Positions 10,939-21,419 of a stretch of DNA of 64,000 nt are shown piece after piece (the stretch's first letter is position 1; each line of letters opens with the position of its first letter). The stretch spans positions 128,001 to 192,000 of the forward strand of contig CBDHDG010000006.1 of NCBI GenBank assembly GCA_965261595.1, in the 5' to 3' direction. The translations under genes were made by a program, and so were the position numbers. Origin of the DNA: a bacterium (GTDB taxonomy: Bacteria > UBA8248 > JACPRG01 > G963555815). Under the pieces are notes generated by a model. That model was given only the letters and a program-made list of their open reading frames with translations, was not told the origin of the DNA and made no database searches.

Positions 10939-11691
10939 ATGGAATCCGGCATCAGCGTCTCTTACCTGATCGCGTTCGCGGGGGGATTGATCTCCTTTCT
11001 CTCGCCCTGCGTCCTGCCGCTGATTCCCTCTTACCTCTCCGTCGTCTCGAGCGTGTCTTATGAAGAGCTGACGGCCGCGGGGACCCACGACTGGCGGCTG
11101 CGGAGGAAGGTCCTGCTCAGCGCCGCGCTCTTTGTCGTCGGATTCTCGCTGGTGTTCATCCTCCTGGGGGCTTCGATCCGCTTCCTGACGGAATTCCTCA
11201 TGGGGGCGCGCTCGGAGCTCAACATCATCGGCGGAATCCTGATCATCCTTTTCGGCCTCTTCATCGCCGGTGTGTTGAACATCGGGTTCCTGAAAAGGTA
11301 TTTTCAGCCGCTGGAAAAGACGCGCGCAACCCGGGTGGCGGGCTATCTCGGGGCGCTGATCGTGGGGATCTCCTTCGGCATCGCCTGGACGCCCTGTGTC
11401 GGTCCGACGCTGGGGGCCATCCTCACCCTGGCGGCGGTCGAGAGCGGAAGGGGCGCGTGGCTGTTATTGATCTATTCCGCGGGATTGGCCATCCCCTTCC
11501 TGCTGGCCGCCTTCGCGTTCAACGGGTTTCTCGGCTTCTTTCAGCGGTTCAAGCGGCTGCTCCCCGCCGTCCAGAAGGCCGGAGGCTTCGTCCTCGTCCT
11601 CATGGGCGTTCTCCTCCTGACCGGACGGCTCACCGTCCTCAACACCTACGCCCTCAGCTTCACGCCCGAATGGCTGCTCAAATGGCTTTGA
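10939..11691 (+). CDS. ccdA: CcdA/DsbD-beta transmembrane electron transporter
   Basis: SFLSPCVLPLIP and AWTPCVGPTL motifs, six TM segments. Confidence 0.92.
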   Translation: MESGISVSYLIAFAGGLISFLSPCVLPLIPSYLSVVSSVSYEELTAAGTHDWRLRRKVLLSAALFVVGFSLVFILLGASIRFLTEFLMGARSELNIIGGILIILFGLFIAGVLNIGFLKRYFQPLEKTRATRVAGYLGALIVGISFGIAWTPCVGPTLGAILTLAAVESGRGAWLLLIYSAGLAIPFLLAAFAFNGFLGFFQRFKRLLPAVQKAGGFVLVLMGVLLLTGRLTVLNTYALSFTPEWLLKWL

Positions 11692-11736
11692 GGAGCGCGG
11701 GCGAATGAGGCCTCCCGCACCCACCGAGAATAGGCT

Positions 11737-12543
11737 TCAATCCCGGTCCTTGAGGACATCGAGCGAAAACCGGTCCACTTCCTTCAGCAGATCGACGAAT
11801 CGCCCGGCCATCTGATCGACCAGCTTCCGCCCTTTCTCGGCGTCCGCCCCGCTCGCGTCGCCGCAGACCCCTTCGGCGTTGAGATCCTGAATTTGCCATC
11901 CGAACCCCACCGCGCCCTCGGGCGTCAGGTATTCGAACTGTTCCTCCATGTCGGTCGAGAGGGTCTCGAACCGCTTGAGCTTCCCGGCGCGCACCAGGTC
12001 CGGCCGAAGATGGAGCATGATCGATGTCTCGATGCCCCCGGCGTGAATGCCGTGCTTCACCTCCCCATCGGAGAAAAGCTCCCCGGCGTCGGACGGCCGG
12101 TGGCAGTTCACGGCGATCGTCATGAGCTTGAAGCGAATCCGGAGATCCCGCGCCGCCAGGTCGAGGACCTGGGGCTGGCCTCCGTGGCTGTTGAACAAGA
12201 CCAGCTTTCGGACCCCGGCCCGGTGGACGCTCTCGCCGATCTCCATCAGCACCCGGAGGAGCGTCTCCGTGGAAAGGGTGAGCGTCCCGGGGTAAGCCGA
12301 GTGCTCGCCGCTCTTCCCGACCGAGACCATCGGCAGGACGGTCACCGGCAGGCCGTCCGGCAACAACCCGACGGCGCGGGAGAGGACGCCCTCGTTGATG
12401 CAGGCGTCCACGCAGACCGGCAGATGCGGCCCGTGCTGCTCGATGGCGGCGACCGGGAGGACGGCGATCGTCCTTTCCCGGTCCAGGGACGAGAACTCCT
12501 CGGTGGTCATATCCCGCCAGTAGCGGCGCGGCATTCGGCTCAC
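11737..12543 (-). CDS. Creatininase / creatinine amidohydrolase family protein
   Basis: EQHGPHLP..VD, SGEHSAYPGTL, NSHGGQ and HAGGIETS motifs. Confidence 0.9.
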   Translation of the reverse strand: MSRMPRRYWRDMTTEEFSSLDRERTIAVLPVAAIEQHGPHLPVCVDACINEGVLSRAVGLLPDGLPVTVLPMVSVGKSGEHSAYPGTLTLSTETLLRVLMEIGESVHRAGVRKLVLFNSHGGQPQVLDLAARDLRIRFKLMTIAVNCHRPSDAGELFSDGEVKHGIHAGGIETSIMLHLRPDLVRAGKLKRFETLSTDMEEQFEYLTPEGAVGFGWQIQDLNAEGVCGDASGADAEKGRKLVDQMAGRFVDLLKEVDRFSLDVLKDRD

Positions 12544-12620
12544 GGTTTGTCCTCCGTTGGGCGGTCCGGGGGGTAAGGGAAACGCATTTTAAATAATGGG
12601 TTCCCGCACGCTATCGCAAG

Positions 12621-12724
12621 AAAACCGGGCCATTGTCTGAATGTAAAAATCTCCCGCCGGCCACAGACGAACTCCTCAGCCAAATAAACACCCACCCCGG
12701 AAAGGCCAAGCCTCCGGCTTGGCC
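12621..12724. repeat. 104-bp dispersed intergenic repeat, copy A
   Basis: Ungapped match to 26421..26524 (84/104 identical by manual count); ends in hairpin GGCCAAGCC-TCC-GGCTTGGCC. Confidence 0.85.
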
Positions 12725-12901
12725 CGGTAGGGCGGCCATCTTGGCCGCCTTCGGAAGGCGGGCTGGAGGGTCAACCGACCCGCGCCCGCCCCACCAAGGG
12801 GGTTCCCAACCCCCGGGAGGGGTCCAGGGGGGACACGCCCCACCGGGTGAAGTTTTCAAAGCTTGTCCCACGCGAAGGCGGGGATGTCCCCCCTGGCGGG
12901 C

Positions 12902-13654
12902 CTACTGTAGACAAGACCCGCCGTTGACCAGAAAGGACTGGCCGGTCACGAACGCGCTGTCGTCGCCCGCCAGGTAGAGCAGGGTGCCCACCAGGTCTTC
13001 GGGCGCGAGCGACCGCTTGAAGCAGCGGGACCGGTTGGTCGCTTCCACGTACTCCGGAACCTCGATCAGGTCATCGTCCAGGGGAATGAAGTCCGGCGCC
13101 AGGGCGTTGACGGAGATTCCGTGGTCGCCCACCTCGCGGGCGAGGGCCCGGGTGAAGGCCAGAACGCACCCCTTCGACGTGGTGTAGGCAATCATCCCCG
13201 GGGCGCCCTGATAAAAGGTGTGGGAGGAGATGTTGATGATCTTGCCGGAGCGTTGGGTCTTCATGGCCGGCAAGACCGCTTTGGCGCACAGGAACATCCC
13301 CTTGGAGTTGACGGCCATGACCCGGTCCCAAAGCTCGACGGAGACCTCCTCGACGGGAACACGGGCGAACCGGCCCGCGATTCCGGCGTTGTTGACCAGG
13401 ACGTCGATTCGGCCGTAAGTCTTCAGGGCCGTCTCGGCCATCGCCCGCGCGCTCGCCTCGTCCGTCACATCCGTGACAACGGTGACGACCTCGCCCCCCG
13501 CCGCTTGGACTTCGGCGGCCGTTTCCGCCGCGTCGGCAACATCGGCGATGACGATCTTCGCCCCCTCTCCCGCCAGGGCCAGGACGTACGTCCTCCCGAT
13601 TCCCCCGGCCCCTCCCGTCACGATGGCCACTCGATCTTTCAGCCGCAATTTCAT
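12902..13654 (-). CDS. Short-chain dehydrogenase/reductase (SDR)
   Basis: TGGAGGIG, NNAG, catalytic YTTSK. Confidence 0.92.
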   Translation of the reverse strand: MKLRLKDRVAIVTGGAGGIGRTYVLALAGEGAKIVIADVADAAETAAEVQAAGGEVVTVVTDVTDEASARAMAETALKTYGRIDVLVNNAGIAGRFARVPVEEVSVELWDRVMAVNSKGMFLCAKAVLPAMKTQRSGKIINISSHTFYQGAPGMIAYTTSKGCVLAFTRALAREVGDHGISVNALAPDFIPLDDDLIEVPEYVEATNRSRCFKRSLAPEDLVGTLLYLAGDDSAFVTGQSFLVNGGSCLQ

Positions 13655-16550
13655 TCTCCTTTTTCTTCATTTCCATTTCGGCATGGGTCCGCGGGAACAG
13701 GCTCCCCGGACGGCGGAATCTTCCGGCGGCCCGGACGTCAACGCTCCGGCGTTCCGGCGGAGACGGGCAGGCGGATCCGGAAGCGCGTTTCGCCGGGCTT
13801 CGAGTCGATCTCAATCTCGCCGTGATGCGTCCCCCGGACGATTCGGTGGACGATCTGCAAACCCAGGCCGGTTCCCTTCCCCACGTCTTTGGTCGTGAAG
13901 AACGGCTCGAAGACCTTCGAGCGGATCTCTTCGGGAATTCCCGGGCCGTTGTCGACGATTTCCACCAGGACGGTGTCGGTCTCCTGTGAGGTTCGCAGTC
14001 TGATCTCGCCCCCCGGACCCGCGGCGTCGATGGCGTTGTCGATCAGGTTCGTCCACACCTGGTTCAGCTCCGGGCCGTTGGCCTCGACGGACCTCAGGCC
14101 CGGGTCGTACGCTCGAACGACTTCTATCTTGTGCTCCCTCAGCTTATGGCCGAGGAGGGTGAGGGTGTCGTCGAGCCCCTGATGCACGTCCATCGCCCCC
14201 TTGGAGGACTGATCCATCAACGAGTAGGACTTGACCGCGTTGACGAGGTCCGAGATGCGGCGAGTGGCGACCGTTGTCTCCCGAACCAGGGCGTCCATGA
14301 CGATGGAGCGCTCCAACCACGCGAAGGCGCTCGAATGGGATTCCTCGGGCAGACCGTTCGCCACGGCCTGCAATTGTTCGACCGAAAGGTCGGCGTGGGC
14401 CAAAGCGGGGCCAAGCCTCCAGGCATCCGGGACGCCCTGTCCTTCCAGCCAGCCGGCGATCTCCTCCTCCCGCGCGCTCTCCGCCAATGGGTCGGAGGAC
14501 CCGGGGGGATTTTGGTTTGTGGATGCCTGTTCGTGAACGGCCAGGAGCAGGTCCATCTGCTCTTGCGTCAGCGACAATCGCCCGAGCGCCATCGCGTGCG
14601 TCCGGGCGGCGGCCAGAACGTCCGAGATTTCCTGTGTGGCGCGCTGCGCCGCCGCGGCCGGGTTGTTCAGCTCGTGCGCCAACCCGGAGGAGATCTTGCC
14701 GATGGCGGCCAGTTTTTCTTGTTGCCGCAGCTTCTCCAACTCCCGCTCGGACCGTTTTCGCTCGGTGATGTCGCGAACGAAGTAAATCACGTGTGTCCGG
14801 CCATGAAGCTCGATGGGCGTCCCACTGACCTCAATATCGAGAATCACACTGTCTTTTCGGCTCGCCCGGGTCTCGAACGGCTTCTGCCACTTCTCCTCCC
14901 GGATGATCTGCGTCCTGCGCTGTGCGGCCCTGTCTTTGAAATCGGGCGGGGCGATGTCCTCCTGCCTCATTTCCAGCAATTCCTCCCGCCGGTAGCCGAG
15001 GAGGTTGCAAGCGCCCTGGTTGCAGTCGATGAACAGGCCGTCCTCCGCCGTTATGAAGATCGCGTCCCGCGCCCGCTCGAAGAGGGTGTGGTACCGCTCC
15101 TCGGACCTCCGCTGCGCTTCCTCGGCCCGCCGCCGCTCGGTGACGTCGCTCCCCACGCAAAGGACCTCGGTCAAACGGCCGTCCTCATCAAAAATCGGCT
15201 TGTTGTCCCAGATGATCCATACGCGCTCGCCGTTCCGCTTCATGTTTTCGTTTTCATTCCTGATGTAGCGGTCAGGATTTTGGAAGATGTCCCGGATCAT
15301 GGCCGTGAGGTCACGGTCGGCCGCGTCGGTTTCCGGCACGATGGCGCCCACGACGTGCCGGCCGAGGATCTCCTCCTGCGAGTAATCGAAAAACCTTTCC
15401 GCGAACTCGTTGAAAAACGTGATTTTGCCCTGGGTGTCCATCCTGAGGATGATGCTGTTCGCGTGCTCCACGAGCTCGCGGTATTTCACCTCGCTGGCCT
15501 GAAGCTTCTCTTCCGCCCGTTTTCGCTTGGAGATGTCCCGGATGATCCACAGGTGAAGAACATCTCTTCCCCCCGCTTCCAGACAGCCCGGGAAAGCTCC
15601 ATCGGGAATTCAGAGCCGTCTTTCCGCAAGCCGAACGACTCCAGTGTTTTCCCGGCGAGGCTGGATTCGCCCGTTTCTCGGACCCGGCTCATCCCTTTTT
15701 CATGCGCTTCCCGGAGGTTCTCCGGAATGAGGAGCGTTAAGGGTTGGCCGAGGACTTCCTCTTCCCGGCGGCCGAAGATTTTTTCCGCGCCGTGGTTCCA
15801 AAGAAATATCCGCCCGGTCTCGTCGGCGGACACGATGGCGTCGGTGGCGGATTCCGTGATGGATCGGAACCGTTCCTGGCTGGCCCGCAATTCCTCCTCC
15901 GCCCGTTTTTTCTCCGTAATGTCGCACAGAAAGTACATGACATGCCTCCGCCCCTCGATCTCGACGGGCGTCGCGCTGACCTCGATATCAATCGACGCGC
16001 CGTCTTTCCGGAGGTTCTTGGATTCGTAAGGGGGCATGCCTTCTTCGAGGATCTTTGACATTCGCAGAGAAACGGAATCCCTGAAATCCGGCCCGGTCAT
16101 GTCCTGAACCCGCCTTTGAAGCATCTCCTCACGGGTGTATCCCATCAGGTCGCAGGCGTGCCGGTTGCACTCGACGACGCGGCCCGTTTCATCGGCCACG
16201 TGGATGGCGAACCGGGCCTCCTCGAAAAACGTGCGGTATGTTTCCTCGGACTTCCGAACGGTCTCCGCGGCCGTCTTTTTCGAGCCAGTTCCCTCTCCCT
16301 CTTCGGCCCGGACGGGGGCGGCGAGGGCCTCCATCAATTTCGGGACCGTGCCCGGGCAGACGCCGAGCATCTCCCGGAAAGTTTCCGCGCTGAACCGCAA
16401 CAGGCGGGTAGGCCCGTTCGCACGCCCGAATCCGACAAAGGGATGGCCGGCCGCAAGAGCGACCAAGGTGCAAGCGGCCCCGGGCTCGTCGAATCGGGCG
16501 ACCGTGGACCGCCCCTGGGTTATTGGACACTCGGGTGAGGGTATTCGACC

Positions 16551-17459
16551 TCATGCGGCCTCCGCAACTTGAGCGAGTTTTTCCTGCCTTGCCTGGGCCG
16601 GCGTTCGGTAGCCGTAGCCCTCGAGAATCCAATGATGGTTGTACAGGTTTTTGAACTCAAGCAGCGCCCACCGCAGTTCCTCTACGGTGGCGAAAGAGCG
16701 CACCCACAGGAGATTCTCCTTCAAGATGCGGATAAACCACTCACAGTAGCCATTTCCCTCGGGCGCCCGCACGAAGCTGGGCGAACTGGTCATGCCCAGG
16801 TAGGCGATCTCCCGCTGAAAGTCATCGGACAGATAGGCGGGGCCGTGGTCGTGACGAACTTTAAGCCCCTCGGCGACGTCCGCCTCCAAGCCGGCGAAGC
16901 GCTCGGCGACCCCCTGCCGGATCGGCTCCAGGGCCTCGAAGCGGTTGCCGCTCTTGGCCGCATGGATCCCCACGCAGTCCACCGAGCAGTGATCCACCGC
17001 CACGAACACCGAGGCCACCCCCTCCTCGGTGGTCACCGTCGTCGTCATGTCCGTGCCCCACATTCGGTCGGGCCGCTCGGTGCGGATGGTCCCGTTGTGG
17101 GCCTTGGGACCTCGGGGTTTGCCCACCCGGTGGGGGGCCTGAAGCCCCGCCTCCCGCATCAGGCGACGCACCCGCTCCTTGCTGGTGCGGATGCCCGCGA
17201 AGCGCAGCCTCGCCCACACCTTGCGGTAGCCCTCGCCATGGAAGGGAGAGTCCTCCAGGACCTGCCGGATGTGGCCGAGGAGTTCCGCATCGGTGCACGG
17301 GCCCACAGGGCCGCGCTTATTGGGCGTGGGGCGTTCATGAACGGGGACCGCCTCTCGCCGCCGTTGCGCGTAGACCGTGGAGCGCGCCAAGCCCCAAAGG
17401 GCGCACACCCGCTTCAGGCCGTAGGCTCTGCCCGTGGAGGTGAAGCGGGCCTGACTCAT
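16551..17459 (-). CDS. IS3-family transposase OrfB (rve integrase core, DDE)
   Basis: GYRKVWARL HTH, WGTDMT, VRHDHGPAY, GNGYCEWF; ATG overlaps the orfA stop (ATGA). Confidence 0.9.
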   Translation of the reverse strand: MSQARFTSTGRAYGLKRVCALWGLARSTVYAQRRREAVPVHERPTPNKRGPVGPCTDAELLGHIRQVLEDSPFHGEGYRKVWARLRFAGIRTSKERVRRLMREAGLQAPHRVGKPRGPKAHNGTIRTERPDRMWGTDMTTTVTTEEGVASVFVAVDHCSVDCVGIHAAKSGNRFEALEPIRQGVAERFAGLEADVAEGLKVRHDHGPAYLSDDFQREIAYLGMTSSPSFVRAPEGNGYCEWFIRILKENLLWVRSFATVEELRWALLEFKNLYNHHWILEGYGYRTPAQARQEKLAQVAEAA

Positions 17460-17842
17460 CGCCTCCACCTCCTGCCGGCTAAAGGGCGGCCGGCCTCCAG
17501 GCGGTCGATCTTCTCCCGCAGGACCTCGCCCTCCATCGTGAGTTCGCCCACCTTGGCCTTGAGCCGGGCGTTCTCCTCGGCCCGCTCATCCGCCGGGCGG
17601 GCTTTGAGCGCCGCCTCGCCCCCGCGAAGGAACGCCTCGCGCCAGGCGGAAAGCCGAGCCGCTGTCGTGCCCAACTCGCGGCAGAGCGTCTCCAGGCTCT
17701 CGCCCCGCAAAAGACGCAGGACCGCCTCCCGCTTGCGCTGGCAGGAGAACCGACCCCGCTCACTGCGATGCCCTGGGGCCTTGGCTCCGTTCGCCCTGCG
17801 GGCGCCCTCCGCCAAAGCCCCCTCTTGCTTTTGTTCGTTCAT
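17456..17842 (-). CDS. IS3-family transposase OrfA (HTH plus coiled coil)
   Basis: RKREAVLRLLRGESLETLCRELG...LSAWR...ENARLKAKVGELTME. Confidence 0.85.
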   Translation of the reverse strand: MNEQKQEGALAEGARRANGAKAPGHRSERGRFSCQRKREAVLRLLRGESLETLCRELGTTAARLSAWREAFLRGGEAALKARPADERAEENARLKAKVGELTMEGEVLREKIDRLEAGRPLAGRRWRR

Positions 17843-18167
17843 CGCGACACCCCTTTCTCCATGAATCATGGATCAATCGAGTGTCCAACAAAACCCTAGA
17901 GCGGGGGAACCGGGCCTTCCTGACCGGCGGACCTCCGGGTCACATCGACCGCGCCTTCAATCAGGATGTCGAAGAATTCGGCCGGTGCGCCTTCGCGGAA
18001 GACAATCTCCCCGGGCCGGAAGGAAACCTCGGCGCACCGCTCCGAGAGCCACAAGATCTGATCGGGACTCAGGTCGGCGAAGAGCGGAACGCTTTTCAGT
18101 AAACCTTTCAAATCCATGGCGTCACCCGAGGGGCTTCAAGCGTAAGGGCGAAACCCTTTCCGAGGTT

Positions 18168-19556
18168 TTACCTGGGCAGATGAACCCGGAATCTCGTGTC
18201 GCCGGGCTCGGAGTGGACCAGGATGTCTCCTTTGTGCGTCTCCCGGACGACCCGGTGAACGGTCTGCAAGCCGAGGCCCATGCCTTTGCCCATCTCTTTC
18301 GTCGTGAAGAACGGATCAAAAATCTTGGATTTGAGATCCTCCGGGATTCCGGGTCCGTCGTCGGCGATCTCCACGGTTGTCGCGTGGGGCTCCTGAAGCG
18401 TCCGAACCCGGATCGTCCCTCCGCCCGGGCCGATGGCGTTGATGGCGTTGTCGATCAGATTCGTCCACACCTGGTTGAGCTCGGGGCCGTTCGCCTCGAT
18501 GCTCTCCATGTCCGGCTCATACTCGCGGATGACTTCGACGTGGTGTTCTTTCAATTTGTAATTCAGGATGGTGAGCGTATCGTCCAGACCCTTGTGTACG
18601 TCCACCCGCTGAAATTGTGCCTGATCCATGAAGGAAAAGGATTTGATGGTTTGGACGATTTCCGAGATGCGCTGCGCCGCTTTGTTCACGTCCTGGACGA
18701 GCTCGTTGGCGGCCAGGGATCGCTCCAGCCATGTGAAGACGTTTTGATGAGTTTCCGCCGGCAAGGAGTCGGCCAGGATCCCCAGTCGCTCGACGGTGAG
18801 TCCCGCCTGTGCAAAGGTCGGCGCCAGCTTCCAGGCATCGGCAAAATCGTGTTCTTCCAGCCAGTCGTTGATTTCGTCTTCCCGATCGCTGTCGCCCAGC
18901 GGATCGTGCTCCCTGGAGGCATAGGCCGTGGCGGCCTCCTCAAAGAGGTCATGGAGCCCTTCGACCTGATGGACCGTCAGGGGCATACGCGCCAGCGCCC
19001 GGAGGTTCCGTCGGGCCGCATCCAAAACCTCTGTCAGCTCCTGGGTCGCCCGCTGAGCGGCGGCTGACGGGTTGTTCAGATCGTGCGCAAGGCCAGCGGA
19101 AAATTTTCCCAGGGCGGCCATCTTCTCCTGATTTTGCGCATAGGACGCCGCATCCTGAAAGCGGGCAGCGATGATTTTCAAAAGTTTGGCGAGGACCGGC
19201 CGGCAGTGGATGATCATCTGGTGAAACGATTCCCCACTGAGCCGCAGGACCTTTGTGGGTTGATTCGCACGGCCGGTCCCGGCATTCGGCTCGTTCGTCA
19301 GGAGGGGGATCTCGCCGGCGCAGGCGCCGGGCACGTCCAATCGACCGACAAAACGCTCTTGTTCGGCGCTTCGCCGGACGAAATCGATTTCGCCTTCGAC
19401 CAAGACGAGAAATTCTTCGCTGATAACGCCTTCTTCAAAGACCGTTTCGCCCGGTTCGTACACAACCTCGCCGCAATGCGTCGCGATCCAGTCCACCTGC
19501 TCGGTGCTCAGGTCTTCAAACAGCGGGTAGCTTTTCAGGAGCGCTTTGACATCCAT
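18168..19556 (-). CDS. Cytoplasmic histidine kinase with N-terminal cNMP-binding domain
   Basis: cNMP fold (PLFEDLS...PGETVFEEG...GEIPLL), [30 protein letters not shown]. Confidence 0.9.
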   Translation of the reverse strand: MDVKALLKSYPLFEDLSTEQVDWIATHCGEVVYEPGETVFEEGVISEEFLVLVEGEIDFVRRSAEQERFVGRLDVPGACAGEIPLLTNEPNAGTGRANQPTKVLRLSGESFHQMIIHCRPVLAKLLKIIAARFQDAASYAQNQEKMAALGKFSAGLAHDLNNPSAAAQRATQELTEVLDAARRNLRALARMPLTVHQVEGLHDLFEEAATAYASREHDPLGDSDREDEINDWLEEHDFADAWKLAPTFAQAGLTVERLGILADSLPAETHQNVFTWLERSLAANELVQDVNKAAQRISEIVQTIKSFSFMDQAQFQRVDVHKGLDDTLTILNYKLKEHHVEVIREYEPDMESIEANGPELNQVWTNLIDNAINAIGPGGGTIRVRTLQEPHATTVEIADDGPGIPEDLKSKIFDPFFTTKEMGKGMGLGLQTVHRVVRETHKGDILVHSEPGDTRFRVHLPR

Positions 19557-19620
19557 GGAGGGACCCCGCGGGCATGGCCGGCCGAATCATCGCAAGGGGA
19601 GGAGAGACGGCGGCCGCCGA

Positions 19621-21280
19621 TTACAAGGAGGCCAGATACCGGTGCATAAAATGCACGGCCATCGACCCCTCCCCGACGGCCGAGGCGATTCGCTTGATGG
19701 AGCTGTGCCGGACGTCCCCCGCCGCGAAGATGCCCGGAACGTTGGTTTCAAAAAAATAGGGATCGCGCTCGAGGGGCCAGCCCTTCAGGTGTTCAGGGGT
19801 GTCGAGGTTATGGCCGGTCAGGATGAAGCCGTGCTCGTCCCGGGCGATGATTCCCTCCAGCCATTCGGTCTTCGGCTCCGCCCCGATGAAGATGAACAGC
19901 CCATGGGTCGAGACCTCCCCGGTCTCCTCCGTCCGGTTGTCGATCAGCGTCAGCCCCTCCAGCCGGCCCGTCCCGTGACATTCCCGGGCCTCGGTATGCA
20001 GGCGCATCTCGATATTTTCCGTGGCCTCGAGCTGCTCGACCAGGTAATGGGACATCTTCTGCGCGATGGAGTCGCCCCGGATCAGCATGATGACCTTTTG
20101 GGCGTATTTCGAAAAATGCATCGCCGCCTGTCCCGCCGAGTTGCTCGCGCCGATCATGTAGACTTCCTCGCCCTCGCACTCGATGGCCTCGATCAGGGCC
20201 GCGCCGTAGTAGACGCCGCTGCCGATCAGCGAATCCGCCCCCTTCGCGGGAGGCCTGCGCCACGACACCCCGGTCGAAATCATCAGGACGTGGCACGCCA
20301 GCTCGTCCCCGGTCGAGAACTTCAGCTTCTTGTAGGGGCCCTCCAGACTGACGGCGACGACCTCCTGGGGGGTCAGCATCTCGACGCCGAACTTCTGCGT
20401 CTGCGCCAGGCCCCGGCGGGCCAATTCACCCCCCGAAAGTGCCGGTGGGAAAACCCAGGTAGTTTTCGATCTGGCTTGTCGTCCCCGCTTGGCCGCCCGG
20501 CGCCTCGCGCTCGACGACGACCGTCCGCAACCCCTCGGACGCCCCGTAGACGGCCGAGGCCAGCCCGGCGGGTCCGGCGCCGACGATGACGAGATCGTAA
20601 AAGTCCTCTTTCGCCTGCTGCTGGAGCCCGAGATGCTCGGCCACCTCGGAGGTGGCGGGCGCGCTCAGCTTCTTGCCGTCGGGGAAGATGACCAGCGGCA
20701 GGTTGGCGGCGTCGCCGTTGGAGCGCGCCGCAATCTCGCGGGCCTCCTCGGAGGCTTCGATGTCCAGAAACTCGTAAGGGACCTGGTTGCGCGACAGGAA
20801 ATCCTTGATCCGGAACAATTGGGGGGACCACCGGTTTCCGATGACGCGCAGCTCCTCGAAGCCGGGCCGGTAGGAGGCGTGCCAGTCGAGGAGCAGGTCA
20901 TCGATGACCGGGTAGAGCTTTTCCTCGGGCGGGTCCCAGGGCTTCATCAGGTAGTAATCGATCCGGGCCGAGTTGATGGCTCGGATGGCGGCCTCGGTGT
21001 CCGCGTAGGCGGTGAGAAGCACCCGCTTGGTCTTCGAAAAGAGCGCGGTGACCTCCTCGAGGAACTCCACGCCGGCCATCTTCGGCATGCGCTGGTCGGA
21101 GATCACGAGGGCGATGGGATCGCCCCGCTCCTGGAGCTGATGGAGGACTTCGACGCCGACCTGGCCCGAATCGGCCCGAATGACCCGGTAGTCCTTGCCG
21201 TAGCGGTTCCGCAGGTCTCGCGAGATCGCGGCCAGCACTTCCGGTTCGTCATCCACAGTCAGGATTACAGGTTTTGCCAT
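19621..21280 (-). CDS. Response-regulator receiver fused to a thioredoxin-reductase-like FAD/NAD(P) oxidoreductase; frameshift near 20440
   Basis: VDDEPEV...ISDQRMP...LLTAY...MKPW receiver; GAGPAG, IENYLGFPTG, GDVRH..IKRIASAVGEG. Removing one base restores GISGGELARR, giving about 552 aa. Confidence 0.88.
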
Positions 21281-21419
21281 GGCTTCCTCGTCAGTGGGTT
21301 CATCGGCCGGGTGAGACCGAATTTCGGAGCCGGGTTATTGTACAGGAAGCGCGCCCCTTCCCTCAGCCAAAGGGGATGGTTTTTATGAGAAGACCGCCGC
21401 GTCGGACCTTCGGTCCGGG

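Larger units (their letters stand above)
16505..17908 (-). mobile_element. IS3-family insertion sequence, 1404 bp, 4-bp target duplication ACCG
   Basis: Imperfect terminal IRs sharing TTGGACACTCG (16505..16533 and about 17878..17908); ACCG at 16501-16504 and 17909-17912; orfA/orfB layout. Confidence 0.9.
13738..18117 (-). pseudogene. cNMP-binding + four PAS + histidine kinase, interrupted by an IS and with a frameshift near 15550
   Basis: N-terminus 17913..18117 (MDLKGLLKSVPLFADLS) rejoins in frame at 16504 as EGPVARFDEPGAAC once the IS is removed; four PAS repeats; H-box LAHELNNP, N-box [19 protein letters not shown]. Confidence 0.85.

Noticed and set aside
11737..13654. Creatininase + SDR as a mycofactocin locus
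   Set aside because: No mftA precursor, mftB or radical SAM mftC in the window.
20426..20428. TGA ending the REC-TrxR first ORF as Sec
   Set aside because: The downstream part is in a different frame; a one-base insertion explains the break.
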